Notes: a model not told the origin generated them from the sequence alone. A stretch of DNA of 64,000 bases from Thermodesulfobacteriota bacterium (GCA_963675595.2 CAXXLZ010000001.1:448001-512000), one strand, 5' to 3'. Counted from the stretch's first letter, positions 39,541-49,896 are shown. Made by a program: numbers and translations.

Positions 39541-40707
39541 ATGAGTCTGCTTGTATCCTATAGTTCGCGTAGTCTCCTGACACGCCGCCTGACCACCATT
39601 CTCACCGCATCGGGCATGGCGCTGGTCGTGTTTGTCTTTGCCGCCATGGTCATGCTTGCTGAGGGACTTGAGAAGACCTTGGTGGATACGGGCTCACCCG
39701 ACAACGTGGTGGTGATTCGTCGATCGGCCAAGTCCGAAGTGGAGAGCGGCATCGAACGCATACAGGCCTCCCTCGTGGAAACGCTTCCTCAGATCGCCTT
39801 GGATTCGGCTGGACGGACGTTGTCGGCCAAAGAGCTGGTGGTGCTGATTACGTTGCCCAAAAAGGGCGCGGGGAGCAAGGCCAACGTCGTTATCCGCGGG
39901 GTGGAGGAGGCATCTTACGCGCTGCGATCTCAGGTTGACCTCGCAGTCGGGAGATGGCCTCGCCCTGGATCCCTGGAAATCGCGGTAGGTGGGAGCGTGG
40001 TCCGAAATTCCCGCGGTGTGCGATTGGGAGCATCCATACCGTTCGCCAACCGATCCTGGGAAGTTGTGGGAGTATTCAATGCGGCGGGTACGGGATTCAG
40101 CTCCGAGATTTGGGGAGATGCGGATCAGTTGATGCAGGCCTTTCGAAGACCGGTATACTCCTCGGTGATTTTCCGCTTGCGCGACCCCGCCGACTTTGAC
40201 GACGTGAAAGCGCTCATTGATGGGGACCCTCGATTGACCTTGGAAGCCAAGAGGGAAACCGATTATTACAGAGAGCAGTCGGAAATGATGGCAAAGTTTC
40301 TCCGGGTTCTCGGCACTTCTTTGACTCTGGTATTCTCCATCGGGGCGGTGGTTGGGGCCATGATCACCATGTATGCTTCGGTGGCCAACCGGGTGGCGGA
40401 GATCGGCACTCTGCGGGCTTTGGGGTTTCAACGGCGCAGCATCCTGCTCGCATTTCTGCTCGAATCGATGATTTTGGGCTTTGCGGGGGGATGCGGGGGC
40501 CTCCTTGCCGCTTCGGCGTTGCAATTGATCACGGTATCGACGACCAACTTCCAGACGTTTTCGGAAATTGCGTTCAACTTCTCTCTTTCTTTGAAAATCA
40601 CGGGGCAGGCCCTGGGCTTTTCAGTATTGATGGGATTGGCCGGAGGGCTGTTGCCCGCAATCCGAGCGGCACGGTTGAACATTGTGGAAGCGTTGCGGGA
40701 GAGCTGA
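39541..40707 (+). CDS. ABC transporter permease (MacB/FtsX family)
   Basis: RRLTTILT, SVANRVAEIGTLRALGF, PAIRAARLNIVEALR. Confidence 0.9.
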   Translation: MSLLVSYSSRSLLTRRLTTILTASGMALVVFVFAAMVMLAEGLEKTLVDTGSPDNVVVIRRSAKSEVESGIERIQASLVETLPQIALDSAGRTLSAKELVVLITLPKKGAGSKANVVIRGVEEASYALRSQVDLAVGRWPRPGSLEIAVGGSVVRNSRGVRLGASIPFANRSWEVVGVFNAAGTGFSSEIWGDADQLMQAFRRPVYSSVIFRLRDPADFDDVKALIDGDPRLTLEAKRETDYYREQSEMMAKFLRVLGTSLTLVFSIGAVVGAMITMYASVANRVAEIGTLRALGFQRRSILLAFLLESMILGFAGGCGGLLAASALQLITVSTTNFQTFSEIAFNFSLSLKITGQALGFSVLMGLAGGLLPAIRAARLNIVEALRES

Positions 40708-41254
40708 CGAGGACCTTTGGCAAGTTGGGGGTCACCGGCGACGGGACACGGATCTTTTTGACACCGAATGGACAATCCATGCCGAAGGACATGCCCCGTC
40801 ATAACGAAGGTGCGATTCACGGGCGGAAACGGGAGAGGACGATGTAGGCTTTTGTAATTCTTCGAAGTACACTCCGGATCCTTCGGCGCGTTCCCTTCTT
40901 TGGACTTGAAGCTTATTCAAGTTGGGCTATAATGGAACATTGAGCGGGCAATGGTTCCACCAGAGTCCGTCTTTGTTTCCCATTGGGCGGGTCTAAAGTG
41001 AACCGGCCGACGAAGATACCATAGCGAGGCGCAAGCCGTGACGGTTTCACTACTGCCGTCCTCCGGTTGGAAAAACACAAGCGCGTCCCGCTGAACAATA
41101 TCATGCGTATATTTCTCAATTATGAAGTAGCGTTCTTCGAAGCTGTCCGGCTGTGAAGCTCAATGAACGATTTGATTGCCCCTTGATGACTCTTAACACA
41201 AAGACATGTTTATTAGGCCTGCAATTCGACACACGGTCATTACGTGACCGATAC

Positions 41255-41404
41255 CGGCGCGTCGAAAAAGGCCGGTTGCTACAGGTCGGCGAAAAACGAT
41301 GACATGCAAGGCGTGCAAGTCCCGGCGAATGAGACGTACATGGAGTACGTCGCAGTGACGAGAGATGAAGCGCAACGCCGCACATCGCGTTTCTCAACAG
41401 CCTG
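41255..41404 (-). repeat. ~150-bp MITE-like repeat family A, copy 1 (inverted)
   Basis: The reverse complement matches 45531-45688 (CAGGCTGTTGA.AAACGCGAT.TGCGGCGTTGCGCTTCATC.CTCGTCACTGCGACGTAC). Confidence 0.85.
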
Positions 41405-41450
41405 CCACCGATGTTGAAACCGACGAGATTTATCCTAAAGGGCACAAGAG

Positions 41451-41786
41451 ATGGCCGTTGAAGTTGAATCCATAAAAGAACTCAAGAAAGCGGTTAGGGA
41501 CCGGGAAGAGGATATCTTGATCATTAACAGGGATCTTGCCAAGAAAGTGAGTGAGTTCAAGGAGATTGAGAACCTCACCAAAGATAAGATTGTGGATGCC
41601 ATAACAGGTTATCTCTCTGGGCAGGAACGAGACCGTATCGTCGCTATTGTATCCCTCGGAGTCAGTGAAGCATTCGGCCTGCACCATGAGTATCAAGCCC
41701 CCCCTCGTGAGAAGAAAGGGGCTTCCATCGATATGAAGGCCGGATATCATTTGGAGAGGGTTTCAAGAGAACCGGAGGTTTCTTAG
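41451..41786 (+). CDS. Hypothetical protein
   Basis: 111-aa ORF with protein-like composition and lower GC. No motif recognised. Confidence 0.6.
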   Translation: MAVEVESIKELKKAVRDREEDILIINRDLAKKVSEFKEIENLTKDKIVDAITGYLSGQERDRIVAIVSLGVSEAFGLHHEYQAPPREKKGASIDMKAGYHLERVSREPEVS

Positions 41787-42199
41787 CCCGCCGGGCTGAG
41801 TGAGAATAACAGTCCCACCCACCCCGGAAGAGCTCGGGCCCATCCGACAATGCTGGACCTAGAACGGGGCGACCCCGGCGACGAGTGTTCATTCGGTCGA
41901 TTCTCAGCTTGTTCTTCATTCTGCGCGACGCGTTGCATACGCGGTCGCCGGTGCGGGTGCCGCTCTTGTTCACCGACACCTTTCCAGCCGCCGAAAACCC
42001 ATTCTCGATTATACCAAAACTCCGTATTCGTTCAGAGGCCCGTCGACGCATGGGACCATCGGAGACTTTCTTCAGGAATTCAGTTTGATTTCAAGACCTT
42101 TCGGCATGCAGGGATGCCGAACTGCGAGACCGTGTGCTTGACACATGGGATTCCATGACTATTAGAGGACAAGAAACCTATGGATATAAGGAGACCGCC

Positions 42200-42514
42200 A
42201 TGTTGACCATTACCGAATTGGCTCAAGACAAGTTCAAAGAGTACTTCCAGAATCAGGAGAGTACTCGTCCAATACGAGTCTTCATGTTTGAGGGAGGCTG
42301 CGGTGGACCTTCTCTGCAACTGGCCTTGGACGATCAAAAAGGCGAAGACGAAGTATTTGAGGTGGAAGGACTCACCTACCTGGTTGACAAGGATTTGTTG
42401 AACCGGATGGGTGATATCCGTGTGGACTTCGTGGATGACGGAAGCCGATCCGGCTTTTCCGTCAGCGCCGCCAACCACACGCCGGCCCAATGTGGTTCGG
42501 GGTGTTGCTGCTGA
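42200..42514 (+). CDS. IscA/HesB-like protein (Cys form)
   Basis: MLTITELAQ..IRVF...GGCGGPSLQLALD, C-terminal CGSGCCC. AAGGAG RBS before ATG 42200. Confidence 0.88.
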   Translation: MLTITELAQDKFKEYFQNQESTRPIRVFMFEGGCGGPSLQLALDDQKGEDEVFEVEGLTYLVDKDLLNRMGDIRVDFVDDGSRSGFSVSAANHTPAQCGSGCCC

Positions 42515-43010
42515 GGTAATGGCGCAGTACGGCGTCGCTTCACTTCGCGTGAGTGCGACCCGTGTCCGTGCTCTACGGACGAGGTGAGGTTAGTACGAAG
42601 TGTATGCGGGTAGGGGACATAAGCGGTCGCGCGATACGATCGAATCCGTTGCCCGGGGAGTGAGATGTACCGTCTTTCGGTTTGTGGGTGAGGGCGGGAA
42701 ATCGAAAAACGGCGGTTGAATCGTTACTTCGAGTGCAAAAGGGGGAAGCCGTAATCGGGTCGGCTTGGCCGCGATTTATCCTTCAGCGGTTCTAAGAGCC
42801 GATGTTCTCGGTGGATCAGAGAGCAAGGTTGAAGGTTTCCCCCGGAGTAACGTGTAGTATCCTCAAGGTTTTTCCACTATCGAAGTTGGTCTTTTGCGTC
42901 CTTTCGATCAGCAGGGTCGATGAGCGGCCGATGTGCGGATGAGAGACGCAGAAGGGTCCGACCGTCCACACCGTAAAGCAAGGCCTGTCTGTTCGGGAGG
43001 GTAGAGGCAC

Positions 43011-44135
43011 ATGGCGGGACGTCGAGATTTCTATGAAATTCTTGGCGTAGGGCGAGAAGCCTCGGTGGAAGAAATCAAAAAAAGCTATCGAAAGGTGGCT
43101 TTTCAATATCATCCCGACCGAAATCCTGAAAATCGAGAGGCGGAGAATCGCTTCAAAGAGGCGACGGAAGCCTATGAGATTCTGAGTAACCCGGAAAAGC
43201 GTCTCATTTATGACCGATTCGGACACGAGGGGCTCTCAAGTTCCGGGCTTCAGGGATTTTCAGGCTTCGAAGATGTTTTCTCCTCCTTTGGGGACCTTTT
43301 CGAGAGTTTTTTTGGACGTTCCGATTGGACCCGTTCCAGGAAGCGCCCCGAGCGGGGGGAGGACCTGAAGTATAGGCTTACGGTCGGCCTGGAAGATGCG
43401 GCCTTTGGTATGGAAGCTCAAATCGAAGTGCCGCGACGGACGGAATGTCCTCGATGCAGCGGTTCCGGCCTGGAGCCGGGATACGAATTCGAAGTATGCG
43501 GGGAATGTGACGGCCGAGGTCGCATTGTCAAGGAACACGGACTTATGCGGTTTACGGTCCAGTGTCCGGCTTGTGAGGGCCAGGGAAGGATTGTCTCGCA
43601 TCCTTGTGAAAAGTGCGGAGGAAAAGGGAGAGGCGTCGAACACAAAAGGTTCGAGTTTCGGGTGCCTCCAGGGGTGGATTCCGGCACCCGCCTTCGAATT
43701 CGCGGTGGAGGAAACGCCGGGAAGAACGGCGGGGAAGCGGGAGACCTGGTGGTTGAAATCGAGGTCAAGTCCCATGCGTGTTTCGAGCGCAAAGGGGACG
43801 ACCTGATCTTTCGGTTGGGGCTTTGTTTTTCACAGGCGGCCGTGGGCACTACCGTGGAAGTGCCGACACTGGAAGGTCATGAAAAGATCAGAATCGTTCC
43901 GGGCGTGCGGCACGGAGACATTCTCAGGCTTCACGGAAAAGGGATTCCCCGGCTGAGGGGCTCCGGCCGAGGAGACCAGTTGATTGTGTTGGATCTCAAA
44001 ATTCCAACGGAACTCACGTCGAGGCAGGAAGAGATTCTTCGTGAACTGGAGTCCTTGGAGCAAGTTCAAACGTGCCCCGAGGTCGGCATGCCCGGTATGG
44101 AAGCCGCAGCGGAATGGAACTCCGGCGAGCTTTGA
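43011..44135 (+). CDS. dnaJ: Chaperone DnaJ
   Basis: J domain with HPD, G/F-rich region, four CxxCxGxG repeats, C-terminal VPPGVD/EVPTL. Confidence 0.92.
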   Translation: MAGRRDFYEILGVGREASVEEIKKSYRKVAFQYHPDRNPENREAENRFKEATEAYEILSNPEKRLIYDRFGHEGLSSSGLQGFSGFEDVFSSFGDLFESFFGRSDWTRSRKRPERGEDLKYRLTVGLEDAAFGMEAQIEVPRRTECPRCSGSGLEPGYEFEVCGECDGRGRIVKEHGLMRFTVQCPACEGQGRIVSHPCEKCGGKGRGVEHKRFEFRVPPGVDSGTRLRIRGGGNAGKNGGEAGDLVVEIEVKSHACFERKGDDLIFRLGLCFSQAAVGTTVEVPTLEGHEKIRIVPGVRHGDILRLHGKGIPRLRGSGRGDQLIVLDLKIPTELTSRQEEILRELESLEQVQTCPEVGMPGMEAAAEWNSGEL

Positions 44136-44167
44136 TCAAGCAAATTCCTTGAGGGGACCGCATCAGG

Positions 44168-45370
44168 TCACACCGAGGACATCCGAAGCAGTTCAGGCCA
44201 CGCCTCGGCCAATCTGTCGAGCGCTTCGATGAGAAGCGATCTGGGGCAGGCGATATTCATCCTTTCAAATCCAACCCCTTCGGGATTGCCGAAAATGATC
44301 CCTTCGTCCAGCGCGAGTCCGGCTTTTCCGCGCACCCAATCATCCAGTTTCGGTTCATCCAACCCGAATTTTCTGAAATCGAGCCATACCAGATAAGTGG
44401 CCTCAGGTTCGATGATCTCGAGACCCGGCAGGTACTCTTTGCTGAAGTCTCGCAGGTACTTGAGATTGCCTTGGAGGTATTCCATCAGGGCGTCGAGCCA
44501 GGGTTCGCCGTGGGTGTAGGCCGCTTCCACCGCGGCCGCGCCGAAAGCGTTGGGTCCCGAGATGCCGTTGTTTTCCAGTTGATTCAAGTATCGTCGCCTC
44601 AGACCGGGTTGGGCGATCACGAGATTTGAAGTCTGTAGACCCGCCAGGTTGAAAGTCTTGCTCGGGGCGGTGCAGGTGATGGAGTTTTCCAGGAAGTCAT
44701 CTCGGATGGAACCGAATGGAATATGTTGATTCCCCTCGAAAATCAGGTCGGCGTGAATCTCATCGGAAATCACGAGGATGTTGTTTTGCAGGCAGATTTC
44801 TCCCAGACGCTCCTGCTCCTCACGGCTCCAGACCCTTCCCACCGGGTTATGCGGATTGCAGAGAATGAGCATTCTCGCTCTTGGATCCCGAGCCTTGGCT
44901 TCCAAGTCCTTGAAATCCATGTGGTATCGTCCGTGCTCCAAAGACAGCGGATTGTTCAGCACGGTCCGACCGTTGTTTTTCACGGCGGCCATGAAAGGGT
45001 AGTACACGGGCCGCTGCACAATGACTTTGTCTCCGGGGCTCGAGAAAGCCTGGACGATCATACAGATTGCGGGCACAATACCGGGACTGAATGCAATCCA
45101 GTCTTCCCGGATTTCCCATTGGTGTCGTCGTTTCATCCAGTCTACGATGACTCGATAGTAGGAAGGCGGGAAAATCGAATACCCGAAAAAACCATGTCCG
45201 GCTCGGCGGACCAGGGCATCGATCACCGAAGGGGGAGAGGGGAAGTCCATGTCGGCCACCCACATGGGCAGGAGGTCTTCGCTCCCGAAGCGGTTTTTGA
45301 GGAAGTCCCATTTGAGGGACCCGGTATCCTGTCTTTCAGGGAGCATATCGAAACTGCTCGTTGCGGTCAT
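44168..45370 (-). CDS. patB: MalY/PatB family PLP-dependent C-S lyase
   Basis: SLKWD, LPMWVADMDF, LCNPHNPVGRVW, SDEIH, APSKTFNLAGL, RMNIACP. Confidence 0.9.
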   Translation of the reverse strand: MTATSSFDMLPERQDTGSLKWDFLKNRFGSEDLLPMWVADMDFPSPPSVIDALVRRAGHGFFGYSIFPPSYYRVIVDWMKRRHQWEIREDWIAFSPGIVPAICMIVQAFSSPGDKVIVQRPVYYPFMAAVKNNGRTVLNNPLSLEHGRYHMDFKDLEAKARDPRARMLILCNPHNPVGRVWSREEQERLGEICLQNNILVISDEIHADLIFEGNQHIPFGSIRDDFLENSITCTAPSKTFNLAGLQTSNLVIAQPGLRRRYLNQLENNGISGPNAFGAAAVEAAYTHGEPWLDALMEYLQGNLKYLRDFSKEYLPGLEIIEPEATYLVWLDFRKFGLDEPKLDDWVRGKAGLALDEGIIFGNPEGVGFERMNIACPRSLLIEALDRLAEAWPELLRMSSV

Positions 45371-45530
45371 AAGAGTGCTTTCACGATGTTGCGAGGTCGA
45401 CGAGGCGGAGGCTCGGCCCCACCATTCCGGGATCGCCGGTGTGCCGGCGACACAAAAAGTCCCCCCGAACCCCATCCAAACTTATTGAGCGGGTTGCTCG
45501 CTTCCGCGTCGCAACCGGGGTGAGGGGCCG

Positions 45531-45688
45531 TTAACAGGCTGTTGAAAAACGCGATCTGCGGCGTTGCGCTTCATCCCTCGTCACTGCGACGTACTCTATG
45601 TACGTCTCATTCCTCAGGATTTGCGCGCCTTGCATCTCATCGTTTTTCAGCAGTCTGCCGCAACCGGTTTTTCTCAACGGGCCGTTAA
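45531..45688 (+). repeat. MITE-like repeat family A, copy 2 (best preserved)
   Basis: Imperfect terminal inverted repeats TTAACAGGCTGTTGAAAAA ... TTTCTCAACGGGCCGTTAA. Confidence 0.85.
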
Positions 45689-45983
45689 GAGACCCATTGC
45701 CGGACGCATCAGGAACGGAGCCCTCGACAAGGGCGCCCCGGTCCGCAAATCACAGTCGTTCACGGAAGGAACTTGTCTATTGTCGGAACGGGCCACAGTG
45801 CCTGCTCAAAAAACGGCCGAAGGCCCACCTTCTTTGCTTTTTCAGAAGTTCCCCCCGTGAATGCAGACACAAGATTAGCACCCGGTCCGGTCCGGGATCA
45901 AACGGGGACCTGATTCATACACATGCGGGAAGAGAGGCGGGGGGGGAAGCGGGCGCTTGGAGACCCGGAATTCCGGCCCCTGC

Positions 45984-46132
45984 CGGGCCGTCGAAGAGCC
46001 CGATGAGCAGGGTTGCGCATCATCTCTCGTCACTGGGACCTAGTCCATGTCCGGCTCATCCTCGGGATTTGCGCGCCCTGCAAGTCATCGTTTTCACGGC
46101 CCCGGGGTAACCGGCCTATTTCAACGGGCTGA
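45984..46132 (+). repeat. MITE-like repeat family A, copy 3 (diverged)
   Basis: GTTGCGCATCATCTCTCGTCACTG ... CCTCGGGATTTGCGCGCCCTGCA ... TTTCAACGGGC. Confidence 0.75.
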
Positions 46133-46164
46133 TCAGGAAGTACGACCGAGAGTGCACGGCGTTT

Positions 46165-46467
46165 TCAGGAGGCCAAATTGAGTCTTTTCAGCACGGTGGA
46201 GGTCCGGTCGGCAATGGCGATGCGATATTCGAAGCCGGGGATGGAAGAGAACATTTTCACCGCAGCCTCGATTCGTTTGAGAGCGGTCTCCTTCATACCG
46301 CGCCGAACCTCGTAGATTCCCACTCCTTCCACGGTATTCTCATTGGAGGGAAAGCTGTAATGCCCTTTTAGAGCGATGTAGTCCGGCAGGCAAGGCAGAC
46401 CGGCGAGAAGTCCTGCAGCTTCTTTGACCGATTTCACGGGTGTGCTGGAAAAGACGACAATGATCAT
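46165..46467 (-). CDS. Hypothetical protein
   Basis: 100-aa ORF with AAGGA RBS and a compact alpha/beta-like pattern. No function recognised. Confidence 0.65.
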   Translation of the reverse strand: MIIVVFSSTPVKSVKEAAGLLAGLPCLPDYIALKGHYSFPSNENTVEGVGIYEVRRGMKETALKRIEAAVKMFSSIPGFEYRIAIADRTSTVLKRLNLAS

Positions 46468-46839
46468 TCCGATTCAAATTCCTTTGTTATTCCGATGGAA
46501 ACAACTCGCGGGATCCTCGGACGGCTGCGGGCGGGCCATGAATTCTCTTCCCGGATGAGGAATCGGTTGTTACCATGAAAGGGAACAACAGGGAAATACC
46601 ATCTGAACTGATTTTGAGGAGATTGGGGCGAGGAGCGAGGGACACGGTCGCGAGATATTTCCGGGAATTCGGCCGGCTTAGGGGATGGTCATGGGGCTAT
46701 GAACACCCGGTCGCGATGGAAATTTCGCTTGTTTGTCCGTTAATTCTCGCCAATTCGATTCATTGGGCGTAAGCCGAAGCAATGTAATGTAATATATGCA
46801 TATTCGACGGAAAATCGCTTAGTTTTTGGGAGCGCACCA

Positions 46840-47058
46840 TTGGGAAGGGAACTCGGGGAAGGGGGGACGACACCGCCGGCATGGATCCGTGAGCTTGAAA
46901 GCGCCACTTTGCAAGGCTGTCTAAGCGCCGTCGGGAGGCTTGGACCGGACAAGCGAAGGGAGCTCTTCGAGGCCCTTGAAAGCGGTCGCCTTTCCGGTGA
47001 TATTGAGAAAGCCGCCCTGATGCTTCGGGAACATGGGCTTTCCTGTGGTTTCCTGTGA
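46840..47058 (+). CDS. Possible small hypothetical protein
   Basis: 72-aa helical-looking ORF with TTG start. Weak support. Confidence 0.3.
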   Translation: MGRELGEGGTTPPAWIRELESATLQGCLSAVGRLGPDKRRELFEALESGRLSGDIEKAALMLREHGLSCGFL

Positions 47059-47124
47059 TTCCGGCCGGGCCGGAGATAAGGTAGGCTCTCGCGGCCGGCC
47101 GGCTCCGCTTTGAGTGCAAGGAAA

Positions 47125-47232
47125 TCAACCAAAGAGTGTTTTCACATACCCGTATTCCTGCTCAGGGGCCAGCCATGCGATCAGAAACAGCAATAGAATC
47201 AGCAGAATGAGAATGGCGAACCGAATATTCAA
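47125..47232 (-). CDS. Putative small single-pass membrane protein (35 aa)
   Basis: Manual translation MNIRFAILILLILLLFLIAWLAPEQEYGYVKTLFG. GAGGTG RBS precedes the TTG start. Below the ORF-track cutoff. Confidence 0.55.
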   Translation of the reverse strand: MNIRFAILILLILLLFLIAWLAPEQEYGYVKTLFG

Positions 47233-47747
47233 GTGTGCACCTCATCGAAGGCTATGGAACCCGTCCGGCGGGGATGTCTCTCCGATCACGAAGGACGGGA
47301 ATTGGAGACGAAAAGCGAATTCGGGAACCACACATGAGTGGAAGCACATCTGAACGGAGGCGAAACACAACGACCGAACCTGCTATCTAGTATATACTCT
47401 TTGTAGAACAAATCGTGCAAACGTTTTCATTTCTTAAGGTGAAAATGAGAGGGTTTCACTGCGGAATCAAAGAGCATGGGGTGAATCGGTTGGGGGCGTT
47501 TCGTGTGAAATATCCGGTCTGCGCCCGATACCCAACCGTCCCCTCGAAAGGACATAATAGCGGATCGGAGTGATTTTTCCACCGCAGGTCGTCGGTGCGA
47601 CGCGTTGATGGGAAAGGGGACTCGTTTGGGGTTTGGGCTCAAAATGAGAACCGACGCACGCACTCTTCATTTTGGGTTAAGCCGCTGGAGCCGCAAGCGA
47701 CGGCTTCGCAGCTCCGGCACGGGACACTTTTACGATTAGGAGGTATT

Positions 47748-49604
47748 ATGAGACGGAATGGTGTGGCGTGGTTGATTGTGTTGGCGTTGAGCGTGATGTT
47801 GGTGAGTTGTATACCCCAGAAACCCAGACCGGCCTATGAGCCCGTGGATCTCACCCCGAAACTCACAAGCGGCAACATGGTCCAGAAGGCCAAAGTCTTT
47901 GAGGTCATCCTGGACAATTCCCAATCCATGACGAGAGAGTACAACGGGCGGTCCAAGTTCGAGCTGGCCCGCGACCTTGCGTACGAGTTTAACGAAACGA
48001 TCCCGGAGATGCCTTTGACGAGCGCACTGAGAACCTTCGGGAGAGGTCCGAACACCATGGCTACGGGAACCTTCCTCCTCCAGTCGCCGTCGGAATATTC
48101 CAAAGGGGAATTCGCCGGGACCTTGGACACGGTGGAATGGGCCGGAGGCGGGAGTCCGTTGGCTTCCGCGATCAATGGAGCGAATCGGGACCTTGAAGCC
48201 ACGGAAGGGGAAATCGCCCTGGTGATTTTCAGTGACGGCATTGAGATGGACGACTCCCCGGTCCGCGCCGCGGAGGCCTTGAAGGAAAAGTACGGAGACC
48301 GGCTCTGCATCTACACCGTGGTCGTGGGGAATGCCATCACGGGGATCGATCTCCTCAAAAAAGTGGCCGAAGCGGGCAAGTGCGGAAGCACCATCACGGA
48401 CCCGGAGCTCATGACCACTGCCGCCATGGGGGATTTTGTCGAGAGCATTTTTCTGACGATTCCGCCGGATACGGACGGCGACGGGGTGTACGACTACAAG
48501 GACGAATGTCCCGATACCCCGAAAGGCGTGAAGGTGGATGAAAAGGGTTGTCCCATCGACACGGACGGCGATGGAGTGGCCGATTATCTGGACAAGTGTC
48601 CGGATACGCCCAAGGGCGTGAAGGTGGATGAGAAGGGCTGTCCCTTCGATACGGACGGCGACGGCGTGTATGATTATATGGACGAATGTCCCGATACCCC
48701 GAAAGGCGTGGCCGTAAATGAAAAGGGCTGCCCCTTCGATACGGACGGCGACGGCGTGTACGATTACCTGGATGCCTGCCCGGATACCCCCAAGGGCGTG
48801 GCCGTAGATGAGAAGGGCTGTCCCTTCGATACGGACGGCGACGGGGTCTACGATTACCTGGATGCCTGCCCGGATACCCCCAAGGGCGTGGCCGTGGATG
48901 AAAAGGGCTGCCCCTTCGATACGGACGGCGACGGCGTGTACGATTACCTGGACGACTGCCCGGATACGCCGGCCGGTGTGAGAGTGGATGAAAAAGGCTG
49001 TCCCTTCGATACGGATGGTGACGGCGTTTATGATTACCTGGACAAGTGTCCGGACACTCCTTCCGGCGTGAAAGTGGATGAAAAAGGCTGCCCGCTGGAT
49101 ACGGACGGTGACGGCGTTTATGATTACCTGGACAAATGCCCGGGGACTCCCAAGGGAGTGAAGGTGGACGATAACGGTTGTCCGCTGGATACGGACGGCG
49201 ACGGGGTGTACGATTACCTGGATGAATGCCCCGACACGCCCAAGGGCGCGCGAGTAACGTCCAAAGGTTGCTGGACCCTCAGCCATGTGCTGTTCGGTTT
49301 CAACAAAGCGGAAATCAAGCCGGGGGCTTACCCCTTCCTGGACGAGGTGGTGGACATTCTCGAAAAGAATCCGTCCATGAAGGTGGAGATTCAAGGGCAT
49401 ACCGACAACGTGGGCTCCAAGAAGTTCAATGAGGAACTGTCGAAGAAAAGGGCCGACGCCGTGGCGGACTACCTCCGAGAAAAGGGCATTTCCGGGAGTC
49501 GCATGTACACGGAAGCCTACTGGTTCTCCAAACCCGTGGCCACCAATGGGACGGATGAAGGCCGCGCTTTGAATCGCCGAGTGGAATTGCACCCGGTGAA
49601 GTAG
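47748..49604 (+). CDS. OmpA-family lipoprotein with vWA-like domain and thrombospondin type-3 (Ca-binding) repeats
   Basis: AGGAGG RBS, lipobox LVSC, vWA MIDAS-like LDNSQSM and FSDG, 9 DTDGDGV repeats, OmpA C-terminus GHTD..G....N..LS.KRA..V and NRRVE. Confidence 0.9.
   Translation: MRRNGVAWLIVLALSVMLVSCIPQKPRPAYEPVDLTPKLTSGNMVQKAKVFEVILDNSQSMTREYNGRSKFELARDLAYEFNETIPEMPLTSALRTFGRGPNTMATGTFLLQSPSEYSKGEFAGTLDTVEWAGGGSPLASAINGANRDLEATEGEIALVIFSDGIEMDDSPVRAAEALKEKYGDRLCIYTVVVGNAITGIDLLKKVAEAGKCGSTITDPELMTTAAMGDFVESIFLTIPPDTDGDGVYDYKDECPDTPKGVKVDEKGCPIDTDGDGVADYLDKCPDTPKGVKVDEKGCPFDTDGDGVYDYMDECPDTPKGVAVNEKGCPFDTDGDGVYDYLDACPDTPKGVAVDEKGCPFDTDGDGVYDYLDACPDTPKGVAVDEKGCPFDTDGDGVYDYLDDCPDTPAGVRVDEKGCPFDTDGDGVYDYLDKCPDTPSGVKVDEKGCPLDTDGDGVYDYLDKCPGTPKGVKVDDNGCPLDTDGDGVYDYLDECPDTPKGARVTSKGCWTLSHVLFGFNKAEIKPGAYPFLDEVVDILEKNPSMKVEIQGHTDNVGSKKFNEELSKKRADAVADYLREKGISGSRMYTEAYWFSKPVATNGTDEGRALNRRVELHPVK
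48468..49277 (+). repeat. Coding tandem repeat, 9 x 90 bp (30 aa)
   Basis: Units start at 48468, 48558 and every 90 bp up to 49188, encoding DTDGDGVYDYLDxCPDTPKGVxVDEKGCP(F/L). Confidence 0.93.
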
Positions 49605-49751
49605 GCGGGGTGACCCCAACCGGAACATCCATGAAGTTGTTCACACAATTTCCGGGGGAACGCCGTTCCCCCGGATCCCCTGCTGCGCGCTCCGTCCCTT
49701 AAGGGACGAAGCCGATCCGGGCACACCACCCCATACCCCTTACTTGGCGCA

Positions 49752-49896
49752 CCTTGGAAGAATGCGATCTGCGGCCCTGCGCTTCATCCCCCCGTCACTG
49801 TGATGTACTTCAGTGTACAAATCCCGTCGGGATTTGCGCGCGTTGCATCTTATCGTTTCTCCGCATCCTGTAACGGTCCGCTTTTTTCAACGGGCT
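49752..49896 (+). repeat. MITE-like repeat family A, copy 4 (diverged)
   Basis: GCGATCTGCGGC.CTGCGCTTCATCCC..CGTCACTG ... GGGATTTGCGCGC.TTGCATCT.ATCG ... TTTTTCAACGGGC. Confidence 0.75.

Noticed and set aside
42512-42580. TGA after CCC in the HesB-like gene as selenocysteine with a downstream SECIS
   Set aside because: The family normally ends at this Cys-rich tail, and I saw no convincing SECIS at the right spacing.
46575-46772. 65-aa ORF with a possible RBS
   Set aside because: It has no recognisable features and there is insufficient support.
48468-49277. Regularly spaced repeats as a possible CRISPR array
   Set aside because: They are in-frame 90-bp coding repeats with no unique spacers, and no cas genes are present.
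47736-49628. 630-aa minus-strand repetitive ORF
   Set aside because: It is the antisense mirror of the OmpA/TSP3 gene, caused by codon bias and repeats.
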